Part shown: piece after piece, positions 10,901-20,707 of the stretch
Layout: every line of letters begins with the position of its first letter
How positions within the stretch are numbered: position 1 is the first letter of the stretch
DNA from: Candidatus Latescibacterota bacterium
Lineage (GTDB): Bacteria; Latescibacterota; CBDEFO01
DNA: 64,000 nucleotides
Direction: 5' to 3'
NCBI GenBank assembly: GCA_965237525.1
Contig: CBDEFO010000008.1
Span: forward strand, 576,001 to 640,000
The notes under the pieces: generated by a model
Told to the model about the DNA's origin: nothing
Database searches by the model: none
Seen by the model: only the letters and a program-made list of their open reading frames with translations
Made by a program: the position numbers and the translations under genes

Positions 10901-11071
10901 GTGTTCGTGAATCCCGATTGAGGAATTAGGTTTCAACACGAGTTCCCTGACATAGGCCAGGTTACTCTGTAACTCCTCTTCCAACAGGGTCCGAACCGCG
11001 AATTTCCCCGAACCGCCGTGGCTGCTATCTCCCAGTTGTTCTTCTACATTATGGTGGCCGCGAAGTATCAT
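10901..11071 (-). pseudogene. Cupin-domain gene, N-terminal half (interrupted by IS)
   Basis: SHGGSG...LKPNSSIGIHEH continues in the 9709-9886 segment. Confidence 0.8.
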
Positions 11072-11123
11072 AAGGCATCTCCTTTCCTATTCTATCGTTT
11101 CTGATAAACTGTCCTTTATCGTA

Positions 11124-11855
11124 TCAGCTCATCAAATCTCCGCCATTTATGTCTACAGAGGCACCGGTGATGTAAGAAGACTGGTCAGAGACCAGGAACA
11201 ACACCAGGCGGGCCACATCTTCTGGTGTCCCCAATCTTGGAAGAGGATAGCTCCTGGCGTAAGCTTCCAGTTGTTCTTGTGAAGAGTTTTCTCTTGCCAT
11301 CTCGGTATCAATCATGCCCGGGCAGATAGCATTAACATTTATCCCAAAAGGACCCAACTCTTTCGCCATATGTCTGGTCAAGCCCAAAACCCCGGCCTTG
11401 GAAGCGGTGTAATGTGCTCCTCCCAGATCGCTCACCGTCTTACCTGCCAGCGAAGACGTACTCACTATCTTTCCATATCTTCTTTTCTTCATTATGGGAA
11501 CGACTAGCCGTGAGACGATAAAGACGCCTTTGAGATTAACATCTAATACAAAATCCCATTCCACCTCATCAATCTGGTCAAATTCTGTTGGTCTCAATAC
11601 ACCTGCATTGTTGACCAGAATATCTATGCGGTGGAATTTTTCTTCTATCTCCGTTACCATTTTCTCAACCTGGCCATAATTGCTAACATCAACCTGGAAA
11701 GGTATCGCCGATGGACCGATTTCTTCTGCTGCCTGTCTTATCTTTTCTTCTTCCAAATCGTTGATGGCTACCTGTGCTCCCTCTTTCGCCAGCGCTAAAG
11801 CAATGTGTCTCCCCATGCCCCGGGTGGCGCCTGTGACGAGCGCTACTCTATCCAT
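11124..11855 (-). CDS. SDR family oxidoreductase (FabG-like)
   Basis: TGATRGMG, NNAG, YTASK, NAICPG, YITG..DINGG. Confidence 0.92.
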   Translation of the reverse strand: MDRVALVTGATRGMGRHIALALAKEGAQVAINDLEEEKIRQAAEEIGPSAIPFQVDVSNYGQVEKMVTEIEEKFHRIDILVNNAGVLRPTEFDQIDEVEWDFVLDVNLKGVFIVSRLVVPIMKKRRYGKIVSTSSLAGKTVSDLGGAHYTASKAGVLGLTRHMAKELGPFGINVNAICPGMIDTEMARENSSQEQLEAYARSYPLPRLGTPEDVARLVLFLVSDQSSYITGASVDINGGDLMS

Positions 11856-12177
11856 TAATAATTTGCCTTCGCACATTTTTCAAATCCCCCATGATTGGTT
11901 GCAACCGGCAATTGCGCGTGGGGGTCGCCGCGGCACTTGTGACCGGCGGACGGGTTAAGTGAGCCTGGCATCAAGAGACTCTGGCTCAAACCCTGATCCG
12001 ATGTGCCGACGTCAGCGACTCGTCCCGCTCCGACCATTGAGAGGAACCAGTATCGCCTTGTACTGCAACCACGCGGCAGTCCCCTGCATCACCTGATTTT
12101 GTCTTCTGACGCTTCGTGGAAGCTTTCCTCCCCGGAAGGCCCCTGCCGGTGGGCTCCTTCCAGCAGCTCCCCAGCGC

Positions 12178-13056
12178 TCAATCCCCCCCCCAGCGGTCCG
12201 GATTGATCCCCGGCGCCTCTGTTGTCATGCCCTCGGGCTTGTGCGGCTGTTCCCACTCCTTGCCGGTGGTGTTGAGGCTCTGCAGGAAGGGTTTAGCTGC
12301 TGCGGGCGCAGCCTCCACCAGTGCTGGGTCCCACTCCTCCATGGGCTGGATCGGTCCTGCCCAGGCCGGCCGGTAGCCGAATTGAATCAACTCCCGGGGC
12401 ACCGTGTCCCTGTTGGGATGTGTGCCGTGGAACAGGGTCACTGGAACGATGACGGCCGAACCGGCCTTCATGCACAGGGTGATCTCCTGAGGATGCGACT
12501 TGTAGCGCCGGTATGGGTTGGCTTCGGCGTGGAAGGACAGGTGCGAGCGGGGTATGAGCCGGAAAGGCGCCCGTTCAGGGATCAGATCGTCGAGGTAGTA
12601 GAGTACCCTCAATAGGCGCGGCGAGCTGCCTTCGTAGCCAAAGATGGACGAGCCGAAGGGCTGGCCGTCGGTGTGCATGGAGATGCCCGGAGAGCCGGAG
12701 AGGGTGCGGGTAAAGAGCCCGTGCGTGAACACGATGTCCGGTCCCATCAAGGCCTCGAAAAACTCGATGACGGGCGGGTGCGCGATAAGTTCGGCCGCGG
12801 CGCGACTCAGCCACTGAGGTTCCATAGCATAGGTCTGCGCCTCGCTGTAGTCCTTGTGCTGCATGGGTACGTCGGACAGTTCGGCCTTGAGTCTTTTAAT
12901 CTGTGAGGCGTCGAGCACGTCGGGAAGGGCAACGTAACCCTCCACCTCCAGGTGGCGGGTGCGCCGGGCCAGGCTAAAGGAATCGAAGTCGGTCTGGTCA
13001 ATGTGCATGAAGCCGATTTCCTCTTCCGGATCGATTTTTAGAGTTGTGTTTTTCAT
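12178..13056 (-). CDS. Phytanoyl-CoA dioxygenase (PhyH) family Fe/2OG dioxygenase
   Basis: EGYV, HTD (HxD), LYYLDD, IPRSH, AGSAVI..LFHG motifs. Confidence 0.88.
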   Translation of the reverse strand: MKNTTLKIDPEEEIGFMHIDQTDFDSFSLARRTRHLEVEGYVALPDVLDASQIKRLKAELSDVPMQHKDYSEAQTYAMEPQWLSRAAAELIAHPPVIEFFEALMGPDIVFTHGLFTRTLSGSPGISMHTDGQPFGSSIFGYEGSSPRLLRVLYYLDDLIPERAPFRLIPRSHLSFHAEANPYRRYKSHPQEITLCMKAGSAVIVPVTLFHGTHPNRDTVPRELIQFGYRPAWAGPIQPMEEWDPALVEAAPAAAKPFLQSLNTTGKEWEQPHKPEGMTTEAPGINPDRWGGD

Positions 13057-13058
13057 TT

Positions 13059-13814
13059 TTACCTCCTTGCGTTCTCTCCGCGGCGTATGAATTCGGCGGC
13101 CCCGGGGGCGATCCAGGAGTCGATGCTGGTCAGGAAAAAGCGGACGCCCGCTGCTGAGTACTTTTCAACGGTTTCGTTGGTGGCAACGTAACCGGCAACG
13201 CCGCCGGCTTTCTGAATGCGGGCTAGGGTGTCGTCAATTGTTTTCTGCACGTCCGGGTGCTGCCTGTTGTCTATATGGCCCATGGAGGTGGCCAGGTCGG
13301 AGGGCGCTACGAAGAATACGTCAATGTGGTCTACCGTCAGGATCTCATCCAGGTTGCGGACCGCGGCGATGTCCTCGATCAGGATGATAAGCAGGGTTTC
13401 TTCGTTTGCCACGTGGTAGTAATCCGGGACGCCAAAGCCCTGTCGGCTGGTGTACATGCCGCGATGGCCGATCGGGGCGAACTTGCCGCCATCCACCACG
13501 TTTTGGGCTTCCTCCCTAGTGTTCACGTGCGGCACTACAATCGCCTGGGCTCCGCAGTCGAGCGTTCGGTAGATGAGGGCCTGATCGTTGCGGTTGACGC
13601 GTACCACCGAAGTCATGCCCCAGATATCGCAGGCACGGGTCAAATTTCCGAGCTCCTCCGGGCCCGCGGATCCGTGTTCCCCTTCCAGCCACACGCCGTC
13701 GAATCCGACAGGGCCAAAGGCGTCGATGTCGTCGGGGTGGGTGATGCCGCAGACTATGAAGGCGATGCCGCCCTCGGCCAGCTTGTGTTTGATGCGGTTG
13801 GGCCTCAGTTTCAT
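13059..13814 (-). CDS. HpcH/HpaI aldolase family protein
   Basis: GFDGVWLEGEHG, VRV, LDCGAQAIVVPHV, KFAPIGHRG, IED, APSDL; AGGAG SD before ATG 13814. Confidence 0.9.
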   Translation of the reverse strand: MKLRPNRIKHKLAEGGIAFIVCGITHPDDIDAFGPVGFDGVWLEGEHGSAGPEELGNLTRACDIWGMTSVVRVNRNDQALIYRTLDCGAQAIVVPHVNTREEAQNVVDGGKFAPIGHRGMYTSRQGFGVPDYYHVANEETLLIILIEDIAAVRNLDEILTVDHIDVFFVAPSDLATSMGHIDNRQHPDVQKTIDDTLARIQKAGGVAGYVATNETVEKYSAAGVRFFLTSIDSWIAPGAAEFIRRGENARR

Positions 13815-14137
13815 TCTATCTCCTGGTTGGTGGTGGATTAAGGTGTTTTGAGGTTCCACACCTGAAAGGTACGGAAATCAGGCTCTGCATTCAAGGGAAA
13901 AGTGGTACTCCCTCGAATTTAAAGACACTAACGTGGCTGCTGCCGACGGCAGGAGTATACGTGCATTTGCCTTGGATCCAGAGGCCGCGTGCGCTTTTTT
14001 GGTGGTATTGCACTGGAGCGGTGAGTGTAGGGTGCGACCTCCGTGCCAGCGTGTATCATCAACGTGGAGATTCCCCTCCCTGCTGTCGAGGGTGAAATCG
14101 GGGCCAACCAACTCATCGCTGATGCCGTAGCTGCTGG

Positions 14138-14159
14138 TCCCCGATTGAGTCTATCGGGA
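14138..14159. repeat. CCCCGAT-palindrome overlapping the DapA-like stop codon
   Basis: tccccgattgagtctatcggga. Confidence 0.85.
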
Positions 14160-15098
14160 GGCCACGCGCTCAAAAAGTGTCGGCGTCTGGCACATGTGTC
14201 TAATGATGGCCTTCGCCTGTTCTTCGGTGGCTGAGGCAATCGGGGGACGCATAAGGTACGTCTCGGCAAAGCCCATTCCGTACACCACGACCTGATTGCG
14301 TGCCATCCCATGGATGTTCGGCGGAGAGAAGCCACATTGTTCATCCTCTTCTATCATCTGGAGCACCTCCAGATAGTTGTTCTCATCGAGCAACTCGAAC
14401 ATACTCTGGCAGCGCTTGGGGTTGAAGAGTCCGGAAAATTCACCCTGGTTGGGCCAGTGGTGGAAGAAGACGTAGTAAGTGAAAAGGCCACCGCCGGTGA
14501 TGCCCATGCGTCCGGAGAACCTGCGGACCAGTTCCATCCGATTGGCCAGCACATAAATGTCGTCCTTGATGCCGATGAACTGTTCCTCCTGGCAAAGATC
14601 TTCGAGGAGCTGAACGGGCAGCATGGTCTGTGGGGGGGAAGTCCATGGTACCGGTAGGGCCACTGCCAGAAGGGGGATTTCGGTTTCTCTGGCCACGGCG
14701 CGAATGTATTGCACGTAGAGTTCACCGCAATGGGAGGAAGTTTGCACACAGTGTTCGGGCAGATGTACGAAAGCAGCATGCGCACCGAGCTTTTCGAACG
14801 CCTGGACCGTCTCGATCGCAACGTGCACGGGTCCCCCGCCAGTGCAGGAGATAAACAGCGCGTCATCACCCACGACCTCCAACACTGTGCGCGTCACATC
14901 CACAATCTCGTGAGGGGTCACGAAATCGAGCTGGCTGTACATGAAAGTCAGACAAAAATTCTTGGTGTCGTTCTCTAGCTGCCAGCAGACATATTTGGCC
15001 AGGCCGGCATGGTCGATCGAGTAATCGTCGCGATACAGAATGGGCAAGGGCACCATCTGACGGTGAATTCGGTTGCGTATGTCGTCGTAGTGACTCAC
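14151..15098 (-). CDS. Dihydrodipicolinate synthase (DapA/NAL)-like class I aldolase
   Basis: DYSIDHAGL, FIGIKDD (Schiff-base Lys), MRPPI C-terminus; divergent, lacks GTTGE. Confidence 0.75.
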   Translation of the reverse strand: MSHYDDIRNRIHRQMVPLPILYRDDYSIDHAGLAKYVCWQLENDTKNFCLTFMYSQLDFVTPHEIVDVTRTVLEVVGDDALFISCTGGGPVHVAIETVQAFEKLGAHAAFVHLPEHCVQTSSHCGELYVQYIRAVARETEIPLLAVALPVPWTSPPQTMLPVQLLEDLCQEEQFIGIKDDIYVLANRMELVRRFSGRMGITGGGLFTYYVFFHHWPNQGEFSGLFNPKRCQSMFELLDENNYLEVLQMIEEDEQCGFSPPNIHGMARNQVVVYGMGFAETYLMRPPIASATEEQAKAIIRHMCQTPTLFERVASR

Positions 15099-15739
15099 AG
15101 TGCTCTCCGTATATCAGCTTTTTCAACTGACGACGAACTCAGCCTCATCAAAATCTTCTGGAAGTCCCTAAAGTTATACCGCATCGTACCGGTCTCGAAT
15201 CCGGGCACGCAGTGTTCCGGGTCGTCCTGGGCTTGCAATAGAGGGGCAAGAACCGAGCCAGATTGTCTGCATCTCGCCCGGGTGACGCGTGGCCATACCG
15301 CGGATACTTGCCTGCCCTCTATTCTCTGCGTGATCTTGCACAGGTGGATCACACACACGACCGGTCCTATCTGGCCCGGGTGAATACTCGCCAGCCCCGA
15401 GCTGAAGTCGCTTTGTCCTTGTCTATCATCGCGCGTAAGACGGACGCAACGTCGTTACCTTCTTTGTCGTACAGGCCGAGCCAACGGTTGAAAAGGGCAC
15501 GCTATGCGGACAGCAGCCCGCCGTAACCTCCAGTTTACGACCATACGCTCCTCAGTGGAACCGGGGCTCCCCGCATAAGGTTTCCCCAGTAGGACCTTTC
15601 TGAATCAGGTATCTTTCTTGTTGAGATAGGTATCACGTAAAAGGAATCTCACCACTCGACATACCTCACTGACAACCCCGCGATGTCATCGAAGAAGTAG
15701 TGGAAGAAGAGCGGTCAAAGCAGAACATCCCTGTACGAA

Positions 15740-15990
15740 GGATGTGCTGCTTAAGGTGAAGGAGGAAGAAAGAACCTCCGAGCGGGAGTAGGCAGAAGAG
15801 ATAACCGAGGAAACGGATCTTCCCGACAACAGCGGTCTTATACACGGTAAATTTCGGGAGTTATATACAGAGCACCTGGAACCGGAATCTGCGGATCTGA
15901 TGTTTACCGAACCACCGTACGATAAGTAGTGAATCTCCCTCAACGAAGACTTGGCCAAGGTGGGGGTCTATGCTCCAGAAGGCGGTGGAG
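15740..15990 (+). pseudogene. DNA N6/N4-methyltransferase fragment
   Basis: LIHGKFRE...ESADLMFTEPPYDK**ISLNEDLAK resembles the 'IHGD..DLIFTDPPY..LYEDLAK' N-terminus of beta-class methylases; in-frame stops. Confidence 0.6.
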
Positions 15991-16914
15991 CGATCAGGCT
16001 AACAACAGGCGGCGGGCTCTGGCTCAGACCGTATTTTTTGTGGCCTTGATTTGGCTCAAGCATCCCTTTTGTTGTACGAGATCGACTCGGAACTTCACCA
16101 CCATGTTTTGTATCCTGACGAGTGTCTTCAACCTCGGCGTTCACGAGAACTCGAGTAGCATCCCCTATGATTTCGTTGGCCGTTTTGTAGTCTTTGCGGT
16201 TCTCCGCAAACTTCGCAGGATTTATGCGGTATTCCAGCAGCCGCTTCACAAGCACTACCGCAGTTCGTCAAGGGACGCTACATACTTCTGACGCTGTTGA
16301 TTAAAGAACTCTCTTAATTCAGGATACAGACTGGGATGGTTCCTGTAATAATCAACTCTCCCACGAATCAAACCCTTTTCCTCTGTTTCATGTAAGTCAA
16401 ATCTGTGCCAGTGTTAGTCTACGGCTTCCTTGGGGGAATAGAATGCTCCAAGACATTGCAGAATGAAGAGTTTTTGCTTAACGTCTGCACTCCGGGGAAT
16501 CTTCCCAGAACGATTATGCTTCTTGTTTTCTATTGGTTTTCCTACGTTAGTGACACCTCTATTTTCACACCTTTAGTCTGACCGGTCACAGCTTAGTCAA
16601 CTTCAGTAATGCTTATTAAACCAAATATACAAAATAAGCTATCCTTATTCAAGACTTGATACACTTCGGTTGCGCTTCGGATCGAACTGACCTTGACTTT
16701 TCCACCAATTTGTAGTCGATTTCTACTGGAGTAGGCCGGAAGGCCGTGAAAAACCAAGAAATATGCTGGGAGGTGAAGCCCTGTTAACCTAAACAAAACA
16801 AAAGATTATGAAAAACTATGGAACAAGAAGAACTGGATAGGTGAATCTCTAAAACCAAAGCTTGCGCTGTCGAATCACGCATAACCCGTAACCTTCATCT
16901 ACTTTCTTCAATCT

Positions 16915-17997
16915 CTACCACTCTACTATTCCTACGATCGGTGGAGCATCATTTTTGGAAAGATCTATTGTGTATGGTTCATCTATTTCAACGCCGTCTC
17001 TGTCAGCTATGATTCGAATTTGGGGTTTGTCCAATTCCCCCTGAACATTCTTCAGCACCACTGCCCTTTCTCCAGTCTTCAGTGCTACTATGCTCCCCTC
17101 GGGGTACCTGGCGACCTTTGAAAGAAAGATTTCCACTACCTTGGGGTCGAACTCCTCACCTGACTTTGCTGCTAACAGGTTTAAGACCTTATGAGGAGCT
17201 ACTCTTGCTTTGTAGATTCTGTTTGAAGTCACAGCATCGTGGATGTCCGCCACTATTGTGATCTTTGAAAACTCATGGATCTCATCTCCTTTGAGGCCCT
17301 GTGGGTAGCCTCTCCCGTTCAGTTTCTCGTGGTGCTGAAGCGCCACATATGTAACCACAGGATCCAGATCCGCTCTGTCCTGGAGTATCTGGAATCCGTT
17401 TGATGGATGCTTCTGCATCTCCACAGATTCTTCGTCTGTCAGTTTTCCGGGCTTGTTTTTGATCTCAGGTGGAATCATAACCTCCCCGATATCGCGCAAG
17501 AGCACGCCCATTGCAAGCGTCTTGAGCCGATTTTCGTCGTACCCCATTCCCATTGCCACCAGAATGCTCAGAATACACACCTGCACAGAACGCTGATACG
17601 TGTAGTCATCGTAGGTCTTTAGATCTGCCAGATTAACTATATCGGTACTGCTTACTATCAGGTCATCTACGAGCTTGCTTGCGACTGACCTTACTTCACC
17701 TTTGTCTACAGCCGTATCCGACTCGGACTGGAGTGACTGTTCAACCTTCGAAAATATCTTCTTTACGGCTGAGGAAACGGAGGATCTGGTTCTTTCCGAT
17801 ACCACGTCGTGAACATCCACGTCCTCAAACCTTTTGTCGTATATATACATTGACTGTACCCCCAGGCTCTTGAGTCGCTCTATATACGTTGGAGTAAGTT
17901 CCACTCCGTGTCCTACAAGAACCACACCGTCCGCGGAGTATATATTCCTTTCTACTATGGAGCCTGGAGGAAGACTATCTATCTGCATAATCCTCAT
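16915..17997 (-). CDS. HD-GYP domain protein with degenerate metal ligands
   Basis: KPGKLTDEE, HHEKLNGRGYPQGL, EFDPKVV; expected HSV and LHDIGK read RSV and LRDIGE. Confidence 0.9.
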   Translation of the reverse strand: MRIMQIDSLPPGSIVERNIYSADGVVLVGHGVELTPTYIERLKSLGVQSMYIYDKRFEDVDVHDVVSERTRSSVSSAVKKIFSKVEQSLQSESDTAVDKGEVRSVASKLVDDLIVSSTDIVNLADLKTYDDYTYQRSVQVCILSILVAMGMGYDENRLKTLAMGVLLRDIGEVMIPPEIKNKPGKLTDEESVEMQKHPSNGFQILQDRADLDPVVTYVALQHHEKLNGRGYPQGLKGDEIHEFSKITIVADIHDAVTSNRIYKARVAPHKVLNLLAAKSGEEFDPKVVEIFLSKVARYPEGSIVALKTGERAVVLKNVQGELDKPQIRIIADRDGVEIDEPYTIDLSKNDAPPIVGIVEW

Positions 17998-18004
17998 TAT
18001 GTAA

Positions 18005-18847
18005 GGTAATGCCACAACATTATACACCTTGAGAGGGTTGATTCATAATCTGTCTGGCTATCTGTACTAGGTCTTGATCTTGGTTGTTGAATCGCCATTC
18101 TGTCTCTTTGAGGTAGAGATGGAAATATTGCTTGGGTACACCACGATAAGGATATAAGAAGTGTTTGGCGTATGACCAAAAGCCTTCGATTCCATTTAGA
18201 TGGTTTCTACCTTTGGGCTTTCCTTTGTCTTTGTCGACGACGACGTGGTTACCACGGATAGATAGAGAAGCGTAGGCGTGCCAGTCATCGGTATAGTAGA
18301 GACTACCTGGCTTGGTATATTGGGTAATGAGAGGAAGAATTACTTGTCTGCTTCTAGACGGCACAGGAAAAGTCGATACTTTCCCATTCCTCTGATACAT
18401 TCCAAAGACAATAACTTTACCTTCAGCACCCCAACCTCGCTTACCTGGTCTTTTGCCACCGAACATAGCTTCATCCATCTCTATCTCTCCAGATAGGAGC
18501 CTCAACTCCTCCAGAGAATCCTGGTAGATAGCAAGGCGAACTATACGGTAGAAACGTTCAATAGTATGTAGGTGTATTGGAACTCGAAACCTTAACCGGT
18601 AAGCTAGAACCGCAAGACCAAAAAACTTAATGAGCCTCCCCTTCCAGTAGGGAGAAATCTTGCTCTTGGACCAGTAGCTATTGGTTCGAAAATGGTAGTC
18701 CCTGAGACACCCTTGACAACGATATCTACCACCCGATAATTTCCAAAATTTGGTGCACCTACAGTAGCTACATTTTCGCATAGCTCAATATGCAGTAATA
18801 ATCGACTCTTCGCAAGATCATAAGGTGTATAATGTTGTAGTATTACC
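18005..18847 (-). mobile_element. IS1595-family element
   Basis: 26-bp terminal IRs (24/26, GGTAATRCYACAACATTATACACCTT); 8-bp target duplication TTATGTAA at 17997-18004 and 18848-18855. Confidence 0.93.
18020..18781 (-). CDS. IS1595-family transposase
   Basis: N-terminal CxxC..CxxC, EMDEAMFGG, KRGWGA.GK, YTDDW, HLNGIEGFWS, YLKE.EWRFN. Confidence 0.92.
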   Translation of the reverse strand: MRKCSYCRCTKFWKLSGGRYRCQGCLRDYHFRTNSYWSKSKISPYWKGRLIKFFGLAVLAYRLRFRVPIHLHTIERFYRIVRLAIYQDSLEELRLLSGEIEMDEAMFGGKRPGKRGWGAEGKVIVFGMYQRNGKVSTFPVPSRSRQVILPLITQYTKPGSLYYTDDWHAYASLSIRGNHVVVDKDKGKPKGRNHLNGIEGFWSYAKHFLYPYRGVPKQYFHLYLKETEWRFNNQDQDLVQIARQIMNQPSQGV

Positions 18848-18985
18848 TTATGTAAAACCTCCAATGGAGCTTGAGATCCCAATTACATCGAGTTTTTACT
18901 CTTTCAGGAGTCTTTCAATTCGTCCAAGGGGTCGAATTGGCCGCTCTTTTTCCTCCCATATTTGTGTTTGCCTCCTAATCCATAG

Positions 18986-19014
18986 ATGATACTTCTATCT
19001 GACCGGTTTGTCAA
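18986..19014 (-). promoter_or_regulatory. sigma70-type promoter for the HD-GYP gene
   Basis: TTGACA-17 bp-TATCAT on the minus strand. Confidence 0.65.
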
Positions 19015-19162
19015 GCAACTTTTACCAGTTCCTTTGCCCGACAAACTCACACAGGGTTGCCTTGTCGGTTTCCCAGGATCTGAACCGTGACCTCGATCTA
19101 TTTTTGCCCTGGATTCTGAAACAGAATGCTCCCTAACCCGATTAATTCATAAACTTAGTGGA

Positions 19163-19283
19163 GTCATTGCGAGGAACAAAGCGACGCAGCAATCTCAAGG
19201 TTTTATAGTGGTCTCCTATGAGAGCCGGAGAGTATTACGTCTACCACAGAATCGATATTGCTTCGCCTTCGGCTCGCAATGAC
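19163..19283. repeat. GTCATTGCGAG...CTCGCAATGAC REP-like palindromic element
   Basis: 11-bp terminal IR with internal GCAATCTC / ATTGCTTCG; partial copies at 47864-47927 and 59246-59309. Confidence 0.75.
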
Positions 19284-19445
19284 ACCGAACGTGGTTAAAC
19301 GGCATAACTATAATATAATACAATCCCTTAATTAATACACGGTCTTTTTGTGTGAATTATTCGGGCTAAAAAGGAGGCAAACATACCGCTCCCCTTGACA
19401 GAGCGAAAATATTTCGCAAATTGGGGTTTGAGAAGGGAGGTCAAA

Positions 19446-19757
19446 TTGTCAAGCCCCGAAGTGAAAGATGGTAAGCGCTGGACGGCGACCCGTAAGGTAG
19501 AGGTGGTGTTGGCTGTTTTGAAAGGAGCGAATGTATCAGAGGTGTGTCGGAAGAATGGAATTAGCCAGTCACAGGCGTATGCCTGGCGTGATAGTTTCCT
19601 GGAAGGAGGGCAGGAGAGTCTGAAGTCTCGGCGTGGTCGCAAGGATCCGAAGGAGTGGGAGGTCAGCCGGTTGGAGCGTAAGGTAGGGCAGTTAACCCTC
19701 CAGTTGGAGATACTCGAGGAGGTAGCCCGTCTAAAAAAAACGAAGCGGTTGCCTTGA
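19446..19757 (+). CDS. IS3 OrfA (HTH)
   Basis: RWTATRKVEVV, VSEVCRKNGIS..Y.W, LERKVGQLT; SD GGGAGG before TTG. Confidence 0.85.
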   Translation: MSSPEVKDGKRWTATRKVEVVLAVLKGANVSEVCRKNGISQSQAYAWRDSFLEGGQESLKSRRGRKDPKEWEVSRLERKVGQLTLQLEILEEVARLKKTKRLP

Positions 19758-20637
19758 GTGGGCGGTTTTTGGGTCGAGGCTATTCCCGTAAGGTGGTAGC
19801 TTTGGCTTTGGGTTTGCATCGTTCGACTCTGTATAGGCTTAGGTATAGAGGTGTCAGTTCTTCTGTCGAAGAGTCTATGATAGATGGACAGCTTGCTTTT
19901 CGTGTTCGAGGGATACTCGACCAAGAAGAGGCATTTGGTCACAGGCGGGTTTGGGCGCATCTTCGTTTCAAGGAAGGGGCATATGTTAACATCAAGAAGG
20001 TTCATAGGATAATGAAGCTTAAGGGGTGGCAGTGTAAGCTGTGGAATCCCCGATAGAATCAATCGGGGACCCCGGGAGAAAGGGGCCACAGGTTTCCCAG
20101 AAGCGTTCTGTGATGGATCGTCCTGACAGTCTCTGGTCGGCTGACTTGACCAAGATCTATTGTGGGGAAGACGGTTGGTGTCCTCTTATTGCGGTGGTGG
20201 ACAACGGGAGTCGGGAGGTTCCCGGGTATCGTTTTAGTCGAAAAGGGAGGGCACTGGAGGCCACAGATGCCCTGGATCGGGCCGTGATCTCTCGATACAC
20301 TTCCAAGGAGGCTGTCCCCCAGGGTCTCACTTTTCGCTCTGACAACGGCTCCATCTTTTTGTCTCGGACCTATTTGGCAAGTACCGAATATTGGGGAATT
20401 CGTCAGGAATACATACCAAGTGGTAATCCCGATTGGAACGGTGTTGTAGAGCGTTTTTTCAGGACCCTCAAGCAAGAGTGTGTTTGGCTTCACAATTTTG
20501 AATCCTTTGAACAGGCTGAGAAGATCATATCTCAGTGGATCGATAATTACAACAACAACAGGCTTCATTCATCTCTGGGATATAAGACCCCGGAAGAGTG
20601 GAGAAAACAATTCTATCTACTACCCCAGGTTGCTTAA
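19754..20637 (+). pseudogene. IS3 OrfB (DDE) frameshifted by a palindrome insertion
   Basis: FGHRRVW, WSADLT, SDNGS, NGVVERFFRTLKQE, YNNNRLHSSLGY; frame broken at 20047-20069. Confidence 0.88.
20047..20069. repeat. CCCCGAT-palindrome inside IS3 orfB
   Basis: tccccgatagaatcaatcgggga; removing these 23 bp restores the reading frame. Confidence 0.9.
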
Positions 20638-20707
20638 TTGATGTCGCTTTCCAGGGGGGCAGTACAGAAAAGGCATTGTCTCCCTAATTTGCGCGTTTTG
20701 GTATCAC

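Larger units (their letters stand above)
19382..20666 (+). mobile_element. IS3-family element (inactivated)
   Basis: orfA/orfB with an A8 slippery run (19733-19740); IRR ends ...GGGGGGCAGTACA; degenerate IRL CATACCGCTCCCCTTGA. Confidence 0.85.

Noticed and set aside
15095..16420. ORFs 15095-15358 and 15968-16255
   Set aside because: They look like degraded coding DNA, but I could not assign a family or reliable boundaries.
18860..19160. c-di-GMP riboswitch upstream of the HD-GYP gene
   Set aside because: No recognisable GNRA/receptor P1-P2 consensus could be assembled by eye.
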